This document shows, piece by piece, positions 61,926 to 64,000 of a DNA stretch of 64,000 nucleotides. Below the pieces are notes generated by a model, which saw only the letters and a list, made by a program, of their open reading frames with translations, ran no database searches and had not been told where the DNA came from. This stretch comes from an uncultured delta proteobacterium (GTDB lineage: Bacteria > Desulfobacterota > Binatia > UBA9968). The stretch is taken from contig CAVWLW010000013.1 of NCBI GenBank assembly GCA_963755715.1, positions 1 through 64,000 of the forward strand, given 5' to 3'. A program made the translations under genes and the position numbers. Within the stretch, counting starts at the first letter, position 1. Each line of letters begins with the position of its first letter.

Positions 61926-62954
61926 ATGCGAGTCGGATTTATCGGCCTCGGCCGCATGGGTGGGCCGATGGCCATCAACATTCTGCATGCATCTGCGCTT
62001 TTGTTGTTCCTCCTTTTCGCGTGCTTGCAAGAGGGATTGGCAGAGACCGTCAAAATCGCCATACCAAGCACAACGCAGGCCGTGCTGCCGTTCACGATCG
62101 CGCGCGATAAAGGCTACTATCGCGCCGAAGGGTTGGACGTCGAGCTCATTCTAGTGAGTGCGCCGATCGCCAGCCGCGCCTTGTTGAGCGGCGACGTCAC
62201 GGTCGCTACTGTGGGAGGCGCGGGGCTACCACCCGTTTTGCGTGGTTCGCCTTTCAAGTTTTTGTTTACGACCTACAACCGGGCGATGTTTTGGCTCTAT
62301 GCCAAGTCGGAGATTCGCGACGTCAAAGCTTTGAAAGGTAAACGAGTCGGTGTCTCCGGTATCGGCAGTGGACCCGACTCGCTGCTACGGGAAATCTTGC
62401 GGCAAAATAGCCTCGACCCAAATCGTGACGTCACGGTGCTGAGTCTCGGCGTGATGCCGACGATCTTTTCCGGGCTGCAAAGCGGGATCGTCGATGCCGC
62501 GATGCTTGCGCCGCCGGTTACGTTTAAGGCTCACGAGTCTGGGTTTCGCGAGCTGGTTTCTTTCCCGAAGCAGGATTTGGTTGAGCTACAGGGCAGCGTT
62601 CTAGTCAGAGACGCGTCGTTGCAATCCGATGCCGCGCAGATGGAGAAATTTCTCCGCGGCACGTACAAGGGATTTCTTCACATCAAAGACAATCGCGCAG
62701 CGACGATTCCCTTCATCGCACGTTATTTGCAAGTTAATGACAGAGTCGCTGCTACCGCGTACGATCAAGTCGTGAGGCCTGCGATGACTCAAGACGGAAC
62801 GCTGAGCGCGGAGATGCAAGCGAAAGCGGTCGAGCATGTGCTGAAACGCCTCGACCTCAAGGAGGCGCCGCCGTTGGCAAAGATTTTCGATTTTTCACTG
62901 ACGCGGAAAGTTATGACAGAATTGCAATCGAAGAATTGGCGGTCCGGAGCTTAG
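61926..62954 (+). CDS. NMT1/SsuA-like ABC substrate-binding protein with a dehydrogenase-like first 20 residues
   Basis: MRVGFIGLGRMGGPMAINIL, then a hydrophobic signal core, then ETVKIAIPS..LPFTIARDKGYYRAEGLDVEL..LKGKRVGVSGIGS. Confidence 0.85.
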   Translation: MRVGFIGLGRMGGPMAINILHASALLLFLLFACLQEGLAETVKIAIPSTTQAVLPFTIARDKGYYRAEGLDVELILVSAPIASRALLSGDVTVATVGGAGLPPVLRGSPFKFLFTTYNRAMFWLYAKSEIRDVKALKGKRVGVSGIGSGPDSLLREILRQNSLDPNRDVTVLSLGVMPTIFSGLQSGIVDAAMLAPPVTFKAHESGFRELVSFPKQDLVELQGSVLVRDASLQSDAAQMEKFLRGTYKGFLHIKDNRAATIPFIARYLQVNDRVAATAYDQVVRPAMTQDGTLSAEMQAKAVEHVLKRLDLKEAPPLAKIFDFSLTRKVMTELQSKNWRSGA

Positions 62955-62993
62955 ATTGCCGGATTACCACGAAGGCAAAGCGAACATTTTGCG

Positions 62994-63950
62994 ATGGCTT
63001 TAAAACTCGGCATGACGTGCGCTCTCTACGATCGGAGCCAGCCGCTTGTCGATGGCCGGATCAAACCGCGCGACATCGATCTGGATATACGCGTCAATTC
63101 CGATGACCGCAGCCGGCAGCGCGACGCGCGCGAAGGCAAATTTGATATCGCGGAATTTTTCACCGGCATTTACATGGCGGACCTGGAATATAAAACGCTC
63201 GGGCTCACGGCGATTCCGATCTTCGTCAAACGCATGTTTCGCCATTCTTACATCTACGTCAACAAACATGCCGCAATTCGTTCTCCGAAGGATCTCGAGG
63301 GCAAGCGCATCGGGGTCCAGACCTGGTTCACCACGACGGCTCTCTGGGCGCGCGGTATCTTAGAGGATGAATACGGCGTTGATCTTAGATCGATTCATTG
63401 GGTCGCCAATTGGGCAGAAAAGATCGGTGACTGGCAACCGCCATCTTGGCTGAAGCTCGAAATCGCGCCTCAGGGCGCCAAGCTTCACGATCTCCTCATC
63501 ACGGGGAAGATTGATGCCGGCATAACGACGGAAACCTGGGCGCCGTTCGGCCATCCGGACATAGATTTTTTGCTGCCGAATTATGCCGCGGAGGAGCGGG
63601 CTTATTTTAAAAAGACCGGTTTTTTTCCGATCCAGCACACTCTGGTGATTAAAAACGCGGTGCTCGAAAAATATCCGTGGGTGGCGCTGAGTATGTTCGA
63701 CGCCTGGCAGGAATCGAAGCAAGAATGTTATCGCTGGCTCGATCGGCAACGAGTGCACCAGACCGGGTTGTGGTATCGATCGCTTTGGGAAGAGGAGCGC
63801 GCGATTGCCGGTGCGGATCCGTATGTGTGGGGATTCAAAAAACGCGCGCCGAAGTGGACAAGATGCTCGACTATACGTTTCTGCCAGGGCTTGGTATCGC
63901 GGAGATTTCAGCCTGAGGATGTGTTTCATCCAAGCACGTTGGATACATGA
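62994..63950 (+). CDS. 4,5-dihydroxyphthalate decarboxylase-like protein (periplasmic-binding fold), probable compensating frameshifts near 63840-63880
   Basis: YDRSQPLVDGRI; FDIAEF; AIPIFVKRMFRHSYIYV; DLEGKRIGV..WFTTTALWARGIL; YFKKTGFFPIQHTLVI; GADPYVWG. Confidence 0.85.
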   Translation: MALKLGMTCALYDRSQPLVDGRIKPRDIDLDIRVNSDDRSRQRDAREGKFDIAEFFTGIYMADLEYKTLGLTAIPIFVKRMFRHSYIYVNKHAAIRSPKDLEGKRIGVQTWFTTTALWARGILEDEYGVDLRSIHWVANWAEKIGDWQPPSWLKLEIAPQGAKLHDLLITGKIDAGITTETWAPFGHPDIDFLLPNYAAEERAYFKKTGFFPIQHTLVIKNAVLEKYPWVALSMFDAWQESKQECYRWLDRQRVHQTGLWYRSLWEEERAIAGADPYVWGFKKRAPKWTRCSTIRFCQGLVSRRFQPEDVFHPSTLDT

Positions 63951-64000
63951 GCGAAAATTTAACGAGGGTCTAAAATGGAATTTAGCGAAGTAGTTCACAC

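Overview
A GC-rich bacterial window, most likely from an uncultured Candidatus Binatia/Deltaproteobacteria-like genome. That assignment is inferred from the expanded orphan substrate-binding proteins and amidohydrolase-2 enzymes, bacterial topoisomerase VI and the style of intergenic palindromic repeats. About 20 otherwise intact genes carry single-base frameshifts, many in homopolymer runs, which points to long-read consensus errors rather than real decay. The window holds about 55 protein genes. These include 12 apparently full-length ABC substrate-binding proteins with no permease or ATPase, six amidohydrolase-2 enzymes, aromatic-degradation genes (HpaB-family hydroxylase, catechol 2,3-dioxygenase, GlcG, Rieske oxygenase, dihydroxyphthalate-decarboxylase-like protein), a kinase/receiver/adenylate cyclase module, top6B-top6A, three tandem MFS paralogs, a cysteine dioxygenase with a four-domain rhodanese, and a membrane-anchored TIR protein. 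The strongest unexplained signal is a roughly 400-nt gene-free transcription unit at 48.35-48.82 kb. It has an A-tract/TTGACA promoter, a 5' hairpin sequestering a GGAGG ribosome-binding site for a 29-codon ORF, a roughly 170-nt rod-like fold capped by a GAGA tetraloop, and an intrinsic terminator. It is a candidate undescribed structured ncRNA or dual-function RNA. No rRNA, tRNA, CRISPR array, transposase or integrase was recognised.
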